Part shown: positions 37,208 through 48,810 of the stretch, piece after piece
How positions within the stretch are numbered: the stretch's first letter is position 1
How the letters are laid out: each line of letters begins with the position of its first letter
Origin: Podarcis bocagei
Taxonomy: Eukaryota
Reading direction: 5' to 3' (one strand)
NCBI GenBank assembly: GCA_964188305.1
Contig: OZ076886.1
Length of the DNA: 64,000 bases
Notes under the pieces: model-generated
What the model was told of the DNA's origin: nothing
Seen by the model: the letters and a program-made list of their open reading frames with translations, nothing else
Database searches by the model: none
Made by a program: the position numbers and the translations under genes

Positions 37208-37537
37208 TAGGGATGGATGGATCAGCCTATTGTCATTCTGTGTCAGTTTTTCACGTGTTCAATCATAGGACCAGTCCCCCTGTTTTCTGTGCCTGTGTTT
37301 AAAAAAACAAAAAACCACCATGAAAAATGTGAATTGAAAATGTCCACATGTTCTCCTAAAGTATGCGTTTTGTACATATTTCTTCCCCATAAAATATGCA
37401 TTTTCCTTGCACATTTTTGTATCCATTTTTGGAACCAAAATGACATTAGATTTCAATCTGCAGATAAGCTTGGGACCAGCAAACTGGGTCAATTCGCTTT
37501 AAAAATGCTGACCAAATAAATTCCTTTTCCATCCCTA
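37208..37537. mobile_element. hAT-type MITE with TAGGGATGG termini
   Basis: TAGGGATGG...CCATCCCTA; perfect 8-bp TSD GTATTTAC (37200-37207, 37538-37545). Confidence 0.88.
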
Positions 37538-37548
37538 GTATTTACCAC

Positions 37549-37874
37549 CCAGTCCTATGCATGTTCAGTTAGAAAGCCAACTGAATTCAGTGGAACATAC
37601 TCCTCCATCAGTATGTATAGGACTATAACCATAGCTAGATTTATGTTTAGACAAGTATTTAGTGCATTGGCATTACAATCCTATGCATACTGACCTGGAA
37701 GGAAGCCCTGTTAAATACAGTGGAGCTTATTTCTGAGTAAGCATGCATAGGATTACGCTGGAAAGCTTATAAGAATGTCATTAAGGCTGCAATCCTACAC
37801 TCAATTTCCTGGCAGTAAGCCCCATTGTACTCAATGGGAACTTACTTTTGAGTAGACATGTATAGGATTGTGCT
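37549..37874. repeat. Three adjacent copies of an old ~85-bp hairpin repeat (caatcctatgcat...cataggattg)
   Basis: Copies at ~37549-37630, ~37672-37758 and ~37785-37874; related copies near 24525, 35705, 56750, 61240 and 63840. Confidence 0.7.
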
Positions 37875-40800
37875 GTAAGGTAGCGTAGAGATGAGATGCT
37901 GCTCTTGTGAACATTTCCATTCATCTGCGTGGAAGCCTATGTTGAATTTCATGGACCACTTAGGGGTGTTGAAAATAAGCTGGCCTGCGTGAAACCAGAT
38001 GTGAAGATAGTTCAGTATGTGTATGGGGGTTGTCACCTTGCTTAGTATATTCCTTGTGTCAAAGCAGATTATGTAATTTAAAACCTAGGACAATTCCAGT
38101 ACTATCAGTGTACCTGATTTCTGATTAGCTCCATGTGAATATAAAAGGTGTATTTGTTCAAAAGGTGTATTTGTTCAAATCCAATTCCAGGTTGAACCAA
38201 AATATTATAATATAAAATATTATAATCAATTAAAGCTTTGATAGCATATTAAAAGGGCATACTGATTAATCAGGAAAGTCAGGGTAGCTTTGGCATTTCT
38301 TGTGAGAGAGAAAAGGGAGATTGCCTCTTTTAAGATTTGCCATCTACAGTAAGTACTGGCACGTGTGCACGCACACACACACACAGTGCCAAATTAACCA
38401 GGGGGCATTTCTGGTCAATTAAACATTTTCAGGTTTTTTAATTATTCTAACCAATTAATTGACTAAGCACTGCAGCCTTAATATGGGTTTAAGTTTCTAG
38501 TTAAGTTTCGATTTAACAGCTTTTTAAGCAGCTCACTAATGAAACTTCCTTGTCTCTTAGGGTAGGGCAAATATATTGTAGATATGGGTGTAGGATGTGG
38601 CAGTTCAAAAAGGTGGAGGCATCTATATAGCTCCAGGTCTGAGTCAGTTGATTGCCCTGCAGTGTAGGCGTCACATACTTGCAACAGCTGAATGGTTATT
38701 ATTTTCCCACATGGAACCAGCCACCTATGTCATTAGTTCTTACTGCCCAGCACAGTCTATCACACCGGGACTCTCATTAGGTTGATGATTAGGATGACTG
38801 GTTTCTCCCAAGGATGAAAGAGGAGGCACATTTTTAAATAATGGCAGTGTAGCCTGCCACAAACAGCGCATACCGAAAGTTACACTTTTTCTTCCACATG
38901 TAAACTATCATTGTTGATTCTCCTGGCCACTGGCATTTCTGAAAATGGAGCTCTCTCTATTGAAAACATGGTATCCACCATGGGATCCTTTTTCTGTTTT
39001 GTGTGAAGCAATTATCAGGCTGAGAACATTTACTAAGAAGCAAATCCTATTGAATTTGAGGAACTTTCTTCGTAACTGTATTTAGAATTATGCTGTGTGG
39101 TCCTTTTCTAATTTTACATTCAGCTGCTCTTGCCAGCTACTCCCATATCCGAAGAGACATGAGAAATGTTGTGAAAACTAAAATCCCTCCCCCCTCTCTC
39201 TTTCTACCTGTCTCGGTGTCTGATGCATGGCAGGAACAGGCATTCTATGGCCCTCCAGATGTTGCTGGGCTCCAGCTCCCAGCACCAGTCAACATGGTCA
39301 ATGACCAGGAGTGATAGTAGTTGAAATGCAGCAATATCTAGCAGGCCCCAGACTCCCTGTCCCTGGTGTTTGGCAAGGAACATGTGGATCTTCTCTCTGA
39401 GATAGATACACACATTCAGGTTCTCACATTATAGTTGTGTATTTGGCAATGAGCTATCGAAGCAGTAATCTGTTTGTTGCCACATCAACTGTGGCCCTGC
39501 ACCTAGTTATCACACTTTCATTAGGTGGCATGGAATTAGTGATCATATTTCATGCTTTTTTACTGAGCCTGAGGGTGGGATTCAACTAATGAGTCCCTTC
39601 AGTGGAAGTCCTGAACAATGGGGCTTCCCCCTCATTCCCACATTGGCTCAGGGTGGGGCTAAATCGTGGGGAGGAGGGGGGGGAAACCTTTCCATATGGT
39701 GAGCCAAAATGCTTGAATTGCTAGAATGATTGCCCTGCACAATGCTGAATTCCTCCGAGAAAGTCCTTCTCGTTGTGATAGTTCAAAGTTTTTTGCATAG
39801 TATTTGTTCCATTCACAACCAACACAGAATTGCTAGAATACCACAATACTACATGCTATGCCAGTACTATCATTCTTATTATTAGAGAGCTGTTGGACAC
39901 AGTGTTACTGAATTTATTAACATGTTAGAGATCAAAATATTTAAATTCAGAAAACGACCAGATTTATAGATGTTCATCTAAATAGACCGTTTCCTGAAAT
40001 CAAATGAGGTTAACTCAACCATTACTGACTTCCCTAGCCCTCTCTGAGATTCTCTAACATTTCTGGGTTAGATACAACTAGTCCTGGTCTCCACACTACA
40101 TCCTGAAAGATTCATTACCATTGGACACAGATGGCTTGAGCACTTAAAGTAAAAGCGCTAATTCTTTGGCATAAAAAATGAACTGCTGAGGTAAAGGAGG
40201 AATTGGAAGACATGGAATAGACATATATCTTTATGTAATAGTGGCCATTGGTATAAGCCAGTTTTATGACACGATAAATGTTTCCTGCAACAATGAAAAA
40301 AGCCTATGGTATTGTGAAGGCACACATAAAAATTTATAAATAAGATGCCAAGCTTTGAGAAAATTACTTGGAAATTTAACACTCCATATTAAGACCAATA
40401 AGCATATTGTTTGAGGATGATGGCTGCAGTGGGCCTCCTTTATTAATGGGGCCACCTTGACATGATATTTGCAATAGATTCTAAAAATTGTCCATAAACT
40501 ACAAAACAAAACATTTGTCACTGATCTGTTATAGGGCCACTCTGAGGTCTTAAAATGTATTTATTTAGAGAGAACTTTAAAATAAAGAGTTGGATTTCAT
40601 TTTTTAAAACAAGTGACAGCGTTAGACCATGATCCCATTAACGGTAGTGGAAAGAGCTGGACCAATATCCCTCAGCTTTGATATGCTCAAGTCTGCTAAT
40701 GGTATATACAAGAAGGATACACCAATTTTCTTTGGATTAAACAGTATTGAAGAATTACTTTTATTTCCTCTGCTACGTAGATTGGAACCCCCTCTTGTTA

Positions 40801-40928
40801 TATGTGCACTGAGTGGCTGGAAGACACCCCCCCCCTTTTAATCACCCTGATTGTCTGATTAAAGGATAACTAAATCTGCATTTAGTGCTCTGAATCTTAC
40901 TATTCAGGATAGGCTACCATCACTATTT

Positions 40929-41005
40929 CATAGAATCAAAGAATTGTAGAGTTGGAAGGGAGTTCAAGGGTCATCAAGCCCCAACCCCCTGCAATGCAGG
41001 AATCT
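40929..41005 (-). mobile_element. CR1 3' tail fragment
   Basis: Same tail as 15309 and 32729 (tagagttggaaggg...aaccccctgcaatgcaggaatct) but with no tRNA head. Confidence 0.75.
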
Positions 41006-41550
41006 TAACATCCAATTTTTAAACCATACTGTTAAAGATAGCATTTAGGTTTGCTTGTTTATTGGTTTGAAACAACTGATTCTCAAATTTAAAGGGATTA
41101 GCAGTACATTATTATTTTATTGAATGTGACACAGAAAATGTTCAGTGCATGTCCACTAGTATTTGTTTTGCTTAATTGCTTCAAATAAATCTAAGGAGCC
41201 ATGAAAGTCAGCAATTCCTCAGCCGTTCCACTGATTCCATCAGACTTTTCTAAACTAGGGTACAGAAGTACTCCTGAGATGGTAATCTCACCACAACAAA
41301 GTAGATCTGTAATGCAACTATAGCATTTAAAAATGAGAAGACATAATATACTGAACACCTAGCAGGGTTCAGGCTCCAAAGAGCTAGGCTCAGTAGTTCT
41401 GAATGCCCAAGGGGGCTTTGGGGTTGTGGAACTTGAACTCCAGCTCCCTTGGCCACTGAGCAAGCAATTTTGAAACTGGCAGGAAAAAATGTGCTATTTA
41501 AACAGTGAAAGTTGTGCCTTTTGGCTAGCAAAACCCATCCTAGGTACATG

Positions 41551-41967
41551 TGGAGATGGGGGAGAAATTCAGTTCACTTTGAATTTAAAGGCAAACTAAC
41601 CTAACTCACTTTCTGAAGCAATATACTCTGAAATTTGCATTTCCCTGAATTTTGCAAAAGTGTGTGAAAATTTAATTTTTGTACTCTATGAATATACTGG
41701 GGCAACGTTTGCCTAATATATATATTAATGAAAATAGCAAAGAAAAATACATTATATATTAGGGGGAAATTCTTTGGGGGGAAAATGTGTTTGTCAGACA
41801 AAATTATATACAAACTCATAGGAGAAATTCACACTAAAATGCTAGGGAACGTTCTTGAGGACTTTTTTTAAAAAATGCACATTGAACTGGAGATGTGGAA
41901 AAGTGCACTTATGACTTGAAAATGAGGAAAGGAGAGAATCCAAAATTGATAAATTTGACCATCCTTA
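41551..41967. mobile_element. Degenerate TAGGGATG-family hAT-type element
   Basis: gatgggggagaaattc...ccatcctta; interior resembles 25169-25717. Confidence 0.55.
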
Positions 41968-42504
41968 CTTGGGGTGCAAATAAAGTAGCTGTTTGGACCC
42001 CAGCTTGCCAAATTCATTTTTTAAAAACAGCAGCAGCAACTACAACAACAACAACAAATTCAGAGCCGCTGACCAAACACAAGCAGAATATTATTATAAC
42101 ATTTAGGAGTAGAATTTCTGGAAGCATGGAACATTTAAATGGTTTTAAAAAGTAATTCAAGAGCAGCTGAAGCTTTAGCTCCCTCAGTTAGCACCTCAAA
42201 AGACTATATATTAATCAGTGCATCTTTATTGTGCAGTTGGTGATTTCCACCTTGCATTATATGTAAGCTTGTTTAGAACTTTTAGAAAATTAAACTTTGT
42301 CTCCATTTCCTTTTAGCTTTATCCACAAAATAATATGCACAATACAAATGCACTTATTTAGAAGGGGAGTATTTAGTATTTAGGCGGTAGTATTTAGGCG
42401 CCTTAGTATTTAGGCGGTAATGGTGATGATAATAGCATTTCTTTTCTCAAAGACATTTACATGTGTCCTGGTTTCTTATGTTTGATCATCTCTCCCTTGT
42501 TTAG

Positions 42505-42639
42505 ATCCCTCTAGCTGAGATGGAGGCTCTGTCTCTGACGTCAGATATTCTCTCTGAAAATTCCTGGTCCTTAGCTCTGACGGATGACTCTTTTCCTGAT
42601 GATAATAACACACTCTTACTTAATGCCCTGGAGAGCAAT
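42505..42639 (+). CDS. CACNA1G: CACNA1G cassette exon 35 (135 nt)
   Basis: tgtttag|ATC...AAT|gtacat (weak donor); [45 protein letters not shown], resembling mammalian exon 35. Not in the ORF track. Confidence 0.93.
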
Positions 42640-45628
42640 GTACATACTCACTGGTCACTGTATATTCTCTGATGTTTACAGGGTTCTAAATACTGTTCTC
42701 AAGTGGGAAATAGCTATGGCATTTTCAGATAAGCAATATTTCTAACCAGCACATAACTTTTTTTATTTGAACAAATAAAATACCTGTCTAGTACCATTCT
42801 ATTTGGGCTTACATTCAATATTACCTCTGAGGTGGCTCCCGGATGTTTTAATTTTACTTATTTCACATACTAAACATGATAGTATTTCAAGCAACGTCAG
42901 AGAGATCTTCTATTGTTTATGGACTTAAGGAAAATGCCATGACACAAAAGATCCCACTTAGGTTTTGCTTCTTTGAACTTAAAATGATTCCAAAAGCAGA
43001 TGCCTAGAAGGTGTGGCAGCAAATCCCAGTTACAATTTTCAAGCATAAGCTATCAGACTTGAACCTTTGGCATTGCTGCTTGTGTTGTAGACTTTTTGGT
43101 CACCGCTTTGATCAGACTTTCTAGAATAAAGAGTGACTTTTTTCCATTGTGAAACATTTAACCAGTATTTTGAGCCCTGCTTTAACCATCTCCTCCTGAA
43201 ACATTAGACATTTATAGCTAATGTGTAGCAATAAAGTGCTTTATTTCTGCTGTACAACAGACATAACTTCTCTTCCAACATTTAGTGGATTCATCCTTAT
43301 TTTCTCTTGTTCACATACCTAGCTTTAGCTGTGCGTTGTGTTGATGAATTTTCTCCATTCTAGTAGATTGTCATCATAGTTATTACTTATTTGGAACACA
43401 TCTTTAAACCGTGACAGTATTTCCCATCATGCTTCATGGCATCATATGCAAAAGACTCAGAATGCTACAATGAATGTTTTTAAATGGGCCATTTTCTTTC
43501 AAACTGAGATACTAGGATAGAGAGAACATCCTGACCTCCATCAACATAAGTCTTAAAAATAGATTTCTGAATCTGAGAACCCTAACAGTTCAATAGGTTA
43601 CTTTCATGAGGCCATATATCAGTCAAGTCCCTTGGTGGTCATAGCAAGACATTTCAGTTTTGCAAAAAGATATCCACGGGTACAGAGAACTTTAAATTTG
43701 AAAAATAAAGTGTGCATACCTTCAGTATTTAACATTTTCTGCAATGAGTTAAGTTCAATGGGCTGAATCCATTGGTGCCTTTCAGTTGACGGTAAGACTT
43801 CCATCAGCAGAGCATGGATGGAGGAAATCATTTTTCAGCTAATTCTCCCTCTCCTCTGCAGCCCCCAGCCACTCTCTAAATCTGCTCTGGGGGGGTCCTC
43901 CAATCCAGATTTTAGAGGGTGGGGCTGCAGGGGAAGGGGGAATTGCAAAATATTGTTTTCCTTCCCATTCCAGTGATAGAAACTTTACCGTCAGCTGAGC
44001 AACTCCATTTGATATGACACCATTTCGGCTTCAACATTGTACTTCATTTGAAAAAATGCACACATCAGTAGATTTTTTTTTAAAAAAAATGCTATTAAAA
44101 CAGTTTTTGTGACATCTGGGTAGGGAGTCAATTTTGTGATAAATTTATCAAAATACAAATTTATGATTTTTTAAAATGTTGTCAGATAGTACACTAGAAT
44201 TAGTGTCTGCTTAGAAAACTGTGGAGATGGCTGCACCATCCAAAATTTCATGTGAATTTCAGTAGCAAATATTGTGAATGGCTTCTGCAGTCTACACCTA
44301 GTCTCACGTAATGCCCCACTTGGTATTCCACAGCTGGCTTTCTAGCGCCAGAAACACTGCCTCATAAAACTAACCTTACATTGATGTCCCTAAATATTAA
44401 GGGGAGGGGTACTTTTTGCAATGCTATGCATCCCAGCCATGACTGATATATCAATCTCATCTTGTCAGAAAACCACCCAAATTTCAAATACATTTGTTGA
44501 AGCCATCTGAGCATGGGCCAGTTTCTACAATGAAACGTGAAAACATGTCATTGCACCAGTTGTAATAGGATGTCTTCTGTATCAAGATTCGAGGGGGAAA
44601 CCCTCTTGGTATAGGTAGACCTATATGTTCATGAGAATTCTTAGATACAGATGAATTTCCTATCTAAAATCATCAAAGAATAGTGAAATTCATTCTACAT
44701 GGCAAGGAAGTCATATATGACTGGCTAACCTTACATTGGTAATTTTTCTTCTTTTTCTCTTTTTAAAAAAATATTATATTTTGGGTTTTATCTTGTTTTA
44801 CCATGCACACTAATTATATTTTGCTCTACCATTAGAGAAATACATTAGAAATTCCTTAGGAGATTTGTACGGTAATACAAAAGATTTCTTGGTAGATAAA
44901 TTTTCACCAACTACAAAAGGCAGCATGGGATTGGAGATTGTCTTCATTTAACAGTGTTGTAATAGCCTATTTTAGCATTTAAAACTTAATCTTTTATTTA
45001 AAGGATGTATTTTTCTTGTTGTTGGAAATACACCAACATCCCTCTATAATTCTTCTTTTCTATGCGGCCTGTTTTTATCAACACAAAGTCAATGAAGGTC
45101 AAATAAGGATTTGTCTTCCATAAAATGCACATACCCCCCCCCACTTGTTTATATTACGCTAGGCTTATATTATGTACATACCCCTGTAAAAATATCACTT
45201 GGTTGGGGTCAGGGTGGTGGGAGATTTTATTCCTCATTTTTAATGACCAAAGTTTTGCAAAGCATGCAGTTGTTATACAAGACCTTGAGGCATGATGCTT
45301 GTTCAATGACTCCTGAAATAGTCATGGTTTATAATTGCAGTGTTGTTTCTCTGTTTCCCTGTATTGTAATTTTTTGTTGTTGTTGTTCTTTTTAAAAATG
45401 TGGTTCATTCTGTGTGTGGTGGTTTTATTAACAGTGTAAAAGTAGGGCTTTTACCTCCTGGTCAACCCATCTGTGCAAATTTCATTTGGTTTCTGTAGAA
45501 TTTGTACACTCAAATGACATGCATGCTCACTGTGTCCCCTGTATGTTGCAGTGGTTATCACGGCAAGATCCAGCATGGACAGCGTATTTTTCCATTCTCT
45601 GATATCCGCACTTTCTTTTCTTTTTCAG

Positions 45629-45818
45629 GCCAATCTCCCCTCTAGAAATGTCCCCCTGACTCTCTCACCAAGCAAAGATCTGCTAAGTGTGAGGAAGCCT
45701 TCTGTAGGCCGCACCCATTCTTTGCCAAACGACAGCTATATGTTTCAGGCTCCAGATACTGGCATCTACAATGACTCTTCTGGAGAAAGGAACACATCAC
45801 ATCAAAAATCTCAGTCAG
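45629..45818 (+). CDS. CACNA1G: CACNA1G exon 36
   Basis: tttttcag|GCC...G|gtacaa; 190 nt; contains the Cav3 motif DLLSVRKPSVGRTHSLPNDSYM. Confidence 0.94.
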
Positions 45819-46751
45819 GTACAAAATGTTTTCCTCAGAAAATTTTTTAATCCTCAGATGTATGTACTTGCCCACAGAAGACTTCAGTCTTGATACTGGC
45901 TAAATTTCTATTTCCTTTTTGGCTTTGAGGTTTTTCTTCCATACATGGGAAGAACTTCTGATAAACTTTACAGTCTTTATCTCATTTCTTCCTAAATGGG
46001 GGATTTCAGTCTTGTGGCCAAAACTGGATGAGAGTCTGGGCAACTTAATTGCCTTAACTGTCTTTCTTAGGGCTGAACAGAACATTTCATATAAAACTGT
46101 GTAAGTCACCCTTCATCTAAAGAGTTGCAAGTGTGCTGTCGTCCGTTCACTTGCTGATGCCACCCCAATCTTTAATAACATCCAATTGGATAAAGTGGGA
46201 CATGTTTCTTAGCAAAAATGCTTCGGAGGATTGGTCTGTAAGTCTAGTTTTATCTACATTAACTTCTCTCACAGAAGCATCTTTCTGGTTCAAGAAGGGG
46301 GGGGAGAATCCTTCTAAGTCCCATCATCCAGGGCTTTCCCACAGAGGCATAATTTCAGAATACTGTTCAGAATGATACAAAACATGAAGAGGTTACTAAA
46401 AGGGTATCGAAATTTGCATAGTAATGGGAACATTTACAGTTTAGCAGCAGGAATGGGGGAAAAGCAGGAACAATCGCTATCAGGCAGAGCAAGTGTAGCT
46501 CGGCACTCTAGCATAGCATGAAATAATTTAAGATCCAAGGTAACTTGATTTCAGATCCTCTCAAAAGAGCATGATCCAGCAGGGACAGAGACTTCAGAAA
46601 CGTTATGACCTTGCTCCCTAATTCAGGTAGTTTTGGTGCTGACACTGTCCCTTCATTAGGCAGGCCCTTCTTCTATAACTTGAGAAAGCATGACAAAGTG
46701 AGTGCCCCAGGCAGTATTATGCTAGCTGGCAATACAACTGAACACTCAGTA

Positions 46752-46992
46752 CAGTGGTACCTTGGGTTACATACACTTCAGGTTACATACGCTTCAGGTT
46801 ACAGACTCCGCTAACCAGAAATAGTACCTCGGCTTAAGAACTTTGCTTCAGGATGAGAACAGAAATCGTGCTACGGTGGCACAGCGGCAGCAGAAGGCCC
46901 CATTAGCTAAAGTGGTGCTTCAGGTTAAGAACAGTTTCAGGTTAAGAACCAACCTCCGGAACGAATTAAGTACTTAACCCGAGGTACCACTG
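46752..46992. mobile_element. Tc1/mariner-type MITE (family A, copy 3)
   Basis: TA|CAGTGGTACCTTGGGTTA ... TAACCCGAGGTACCACTG|TA. Confidence 0.92.
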
Positions 46993-48238
46993 TAATGGTT
47001 TTTACAGCTGGAGTAAGGAACCTGGCACCACCCACACAATTCTCACCACAAATCTCACCAGCCCCAGCCAGCATGTGCAATGGTCAGGGGTGATGTTAAA
47101 GGCCAGCAACATATGGAGGGCTACAGTCCCCACTGCCCATCACCATACTTTAAATGTTTAAGGTGTATGATGCCCAAAGTTCAAAAATACAAAGTGAAGG
47201 CATACTCTACTTCCACTGTCGGAGGCACTATGAATCTCAGTACCGGTGGCTGAGAATCCCAAGTGGGGAGAGTGCTGTTGGCTTCCCACAAGCATTCTTG
47301 CCTAAGAACATATGTGCAGCCTCTCTAGATCAGATCATGGTCAGACTAGTCCATAACTCTTTGAACTACGCTAAGAATGGAGCAGCTTTTTTCTTTCACG
47401 GTCCTCATTCCTTCAGGGGTAATCTGGTAGGGCAGGGCGCACATGTCATCAGTGTGCAGGTACCCCTTCTCTTTCTCCATCTTCCTCTCCTCCCACATCA
47501 GGGGGTGAATTGCATTGTGGAGAATCCAAATGGTGGCTGGGCTGCTAACACAGCAAAACCACTTTGGGGAGGGGAAGAAAGAGCCCATGCTTCTGCCACT
47601 GAAGAATAATTTATCTTTCCACTGCAGAAATTCAGCGAGATCCCATTAAAAAAATATATCTTGCTATAAATAGGGTGGAGAATTTTGAGAAGCCATTTAT
47701 GCACAACTCTTCTTTTAAGTGACTGAGATCATAAAACAGATATCCCAGTTGGGGGAGGCTTATTGTGGATCCATCTCAAAATGGTGTTTATATTGTTCTA
47801 CGCAATCTCGTACATTGGATAAATGAGATGCAGAAAATAAATCACCAGTTTGCATGTGTGAATCATCATAACTGTTCCTCACTTTCTCTTTTGAGATATT
47901 ACTTCTGTTCCTCAGAATAACTTAGCACCTGAGAAATAGCTGCCTTTCAGAACTCAGTGGAGTGGCATCTGTTAAATATGTGCAATTCTCTAAAGTGCTG
48001 TGAGGTTTGTAAAAGCCATACATCACCAATAAGGAATATGAGTAACGTAACATTTCAAGTTAGAAAATAACTTTTGTGTTGTCAGTAAACTTAGAAGAAG
48101 GTTTATTTGAATAACCCTGAATAATAGAACAGATATTCTGGGAAATATTCCAGGACAAATGAGATTCCTTCTGTGGGAGATGGTCCAGATTAAATGAATA
48201 GCTTCTTGGTTTTGTTTTAAATCACATAAATGCTTTGG

Positions 48239-48362
48239 TAGTAGATAGGTAGCCGTGTTGGTCTGCCATAGTCAAAATAAAAAAATTCCTTCCAGTAGCA
48301 CCTTAAAGACCAACTAAGTTAGTTCTTGGTATGAGCTTTCGTGTGCATGCACACTTCTTCAG
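48239..48362 (-). mobile_element. Penelope-like element terminal-repeat fragment with hammerhead ribozyme core
   Basis: 13-bp TSD ATAAATGCTTTGG (48226-48238, 48363-48375); minus strand CTGAAGA-A-GTGTGCATGCACAC-GAAA-GC-TC. Confidence 0.8.
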
Positions 48363-48365
48363 ATA
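48328..48365 (-). ncRNA. Minimal type I hammerhead ribozyme motif (stem I truncated)
   Basis: CUGAnGA and GAAA boxes flank a palindromic stem II; AGCU palindromic stem III; UC cleavage site; 3-bp stem I (UAU/AUA). Confidence 0.65.
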
Positions 48366-48640
48366 AATGCTTTGGGCTTTGATGGAGAGGGCCGAGGCTC
48401 CTCACGGACGTTATAATTCACCACCCAAGAACAAGGAGGCATCTTGGAGAAAAATGCATATGGAATACACACAATATGACATTGGTGGATTGCTCCATAA
48501 CCAACTCAGAAACGATTTTATAGAAATTGGGAGTCCAGCAATTATGGGAGGCTATGTTATCCTCATCCATGATGTACAGAATTTTATTTAACTCAGTTTG
48601 AGTTACCAATGTTCTCAGCTTCCCATCCTCTCCTCCTCAG

Positions 48641-48810
48641 GCTCAACGACGTCAGTGCAATCTCAGCCTGCAAACATTGGTGCTCTCCTACAAATCCCAA
48701 GAGAGCTCTTCTGCCACCTCAAGCCCCAATACAATCCTGACTGGGAAAGCAAATCCAAAGCCCCTCTGCCTGTGCATTCTCCTTCTGCAGAACGGTTACT
48801 TCGCAGACAG
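48641..48810 (+). CDS. CACNA1G: CACNA1G exon 37
   Basis: cctcag|GC...CAG|gtaagc; 170 nt, phase 1-0; GSTTSVQSQPA...ERLLRRQ. Confidence 0.94.

Noticed and set aside
38143-38226. Short exact duplications (17-bp aaaaggtgtatttgttc x2; aaaatattataat x2; similar at 24310-24352 and 36080-36115)
   Set aside because: Ordinary slippage or microduplications with no further structure
42534-42545. Palindrome TCTGACGTCAGA containing a perfect CRE
   Set aside because: Lies inside coding exon 35 and is explained by the Leu-Thr-Ser codons
45551-45628. Upstream extension of exon 36 suggested by the ORF track
   Set aside because: The AG at 45550-45551 is out of frame (77 nt), and the strong acceptor is at 45628
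47154-47609. 151-aa intronic ORF
   Set aside because: No similarity to Cav3 or to a transposon protein; exons 36 and 37 join in phase without it
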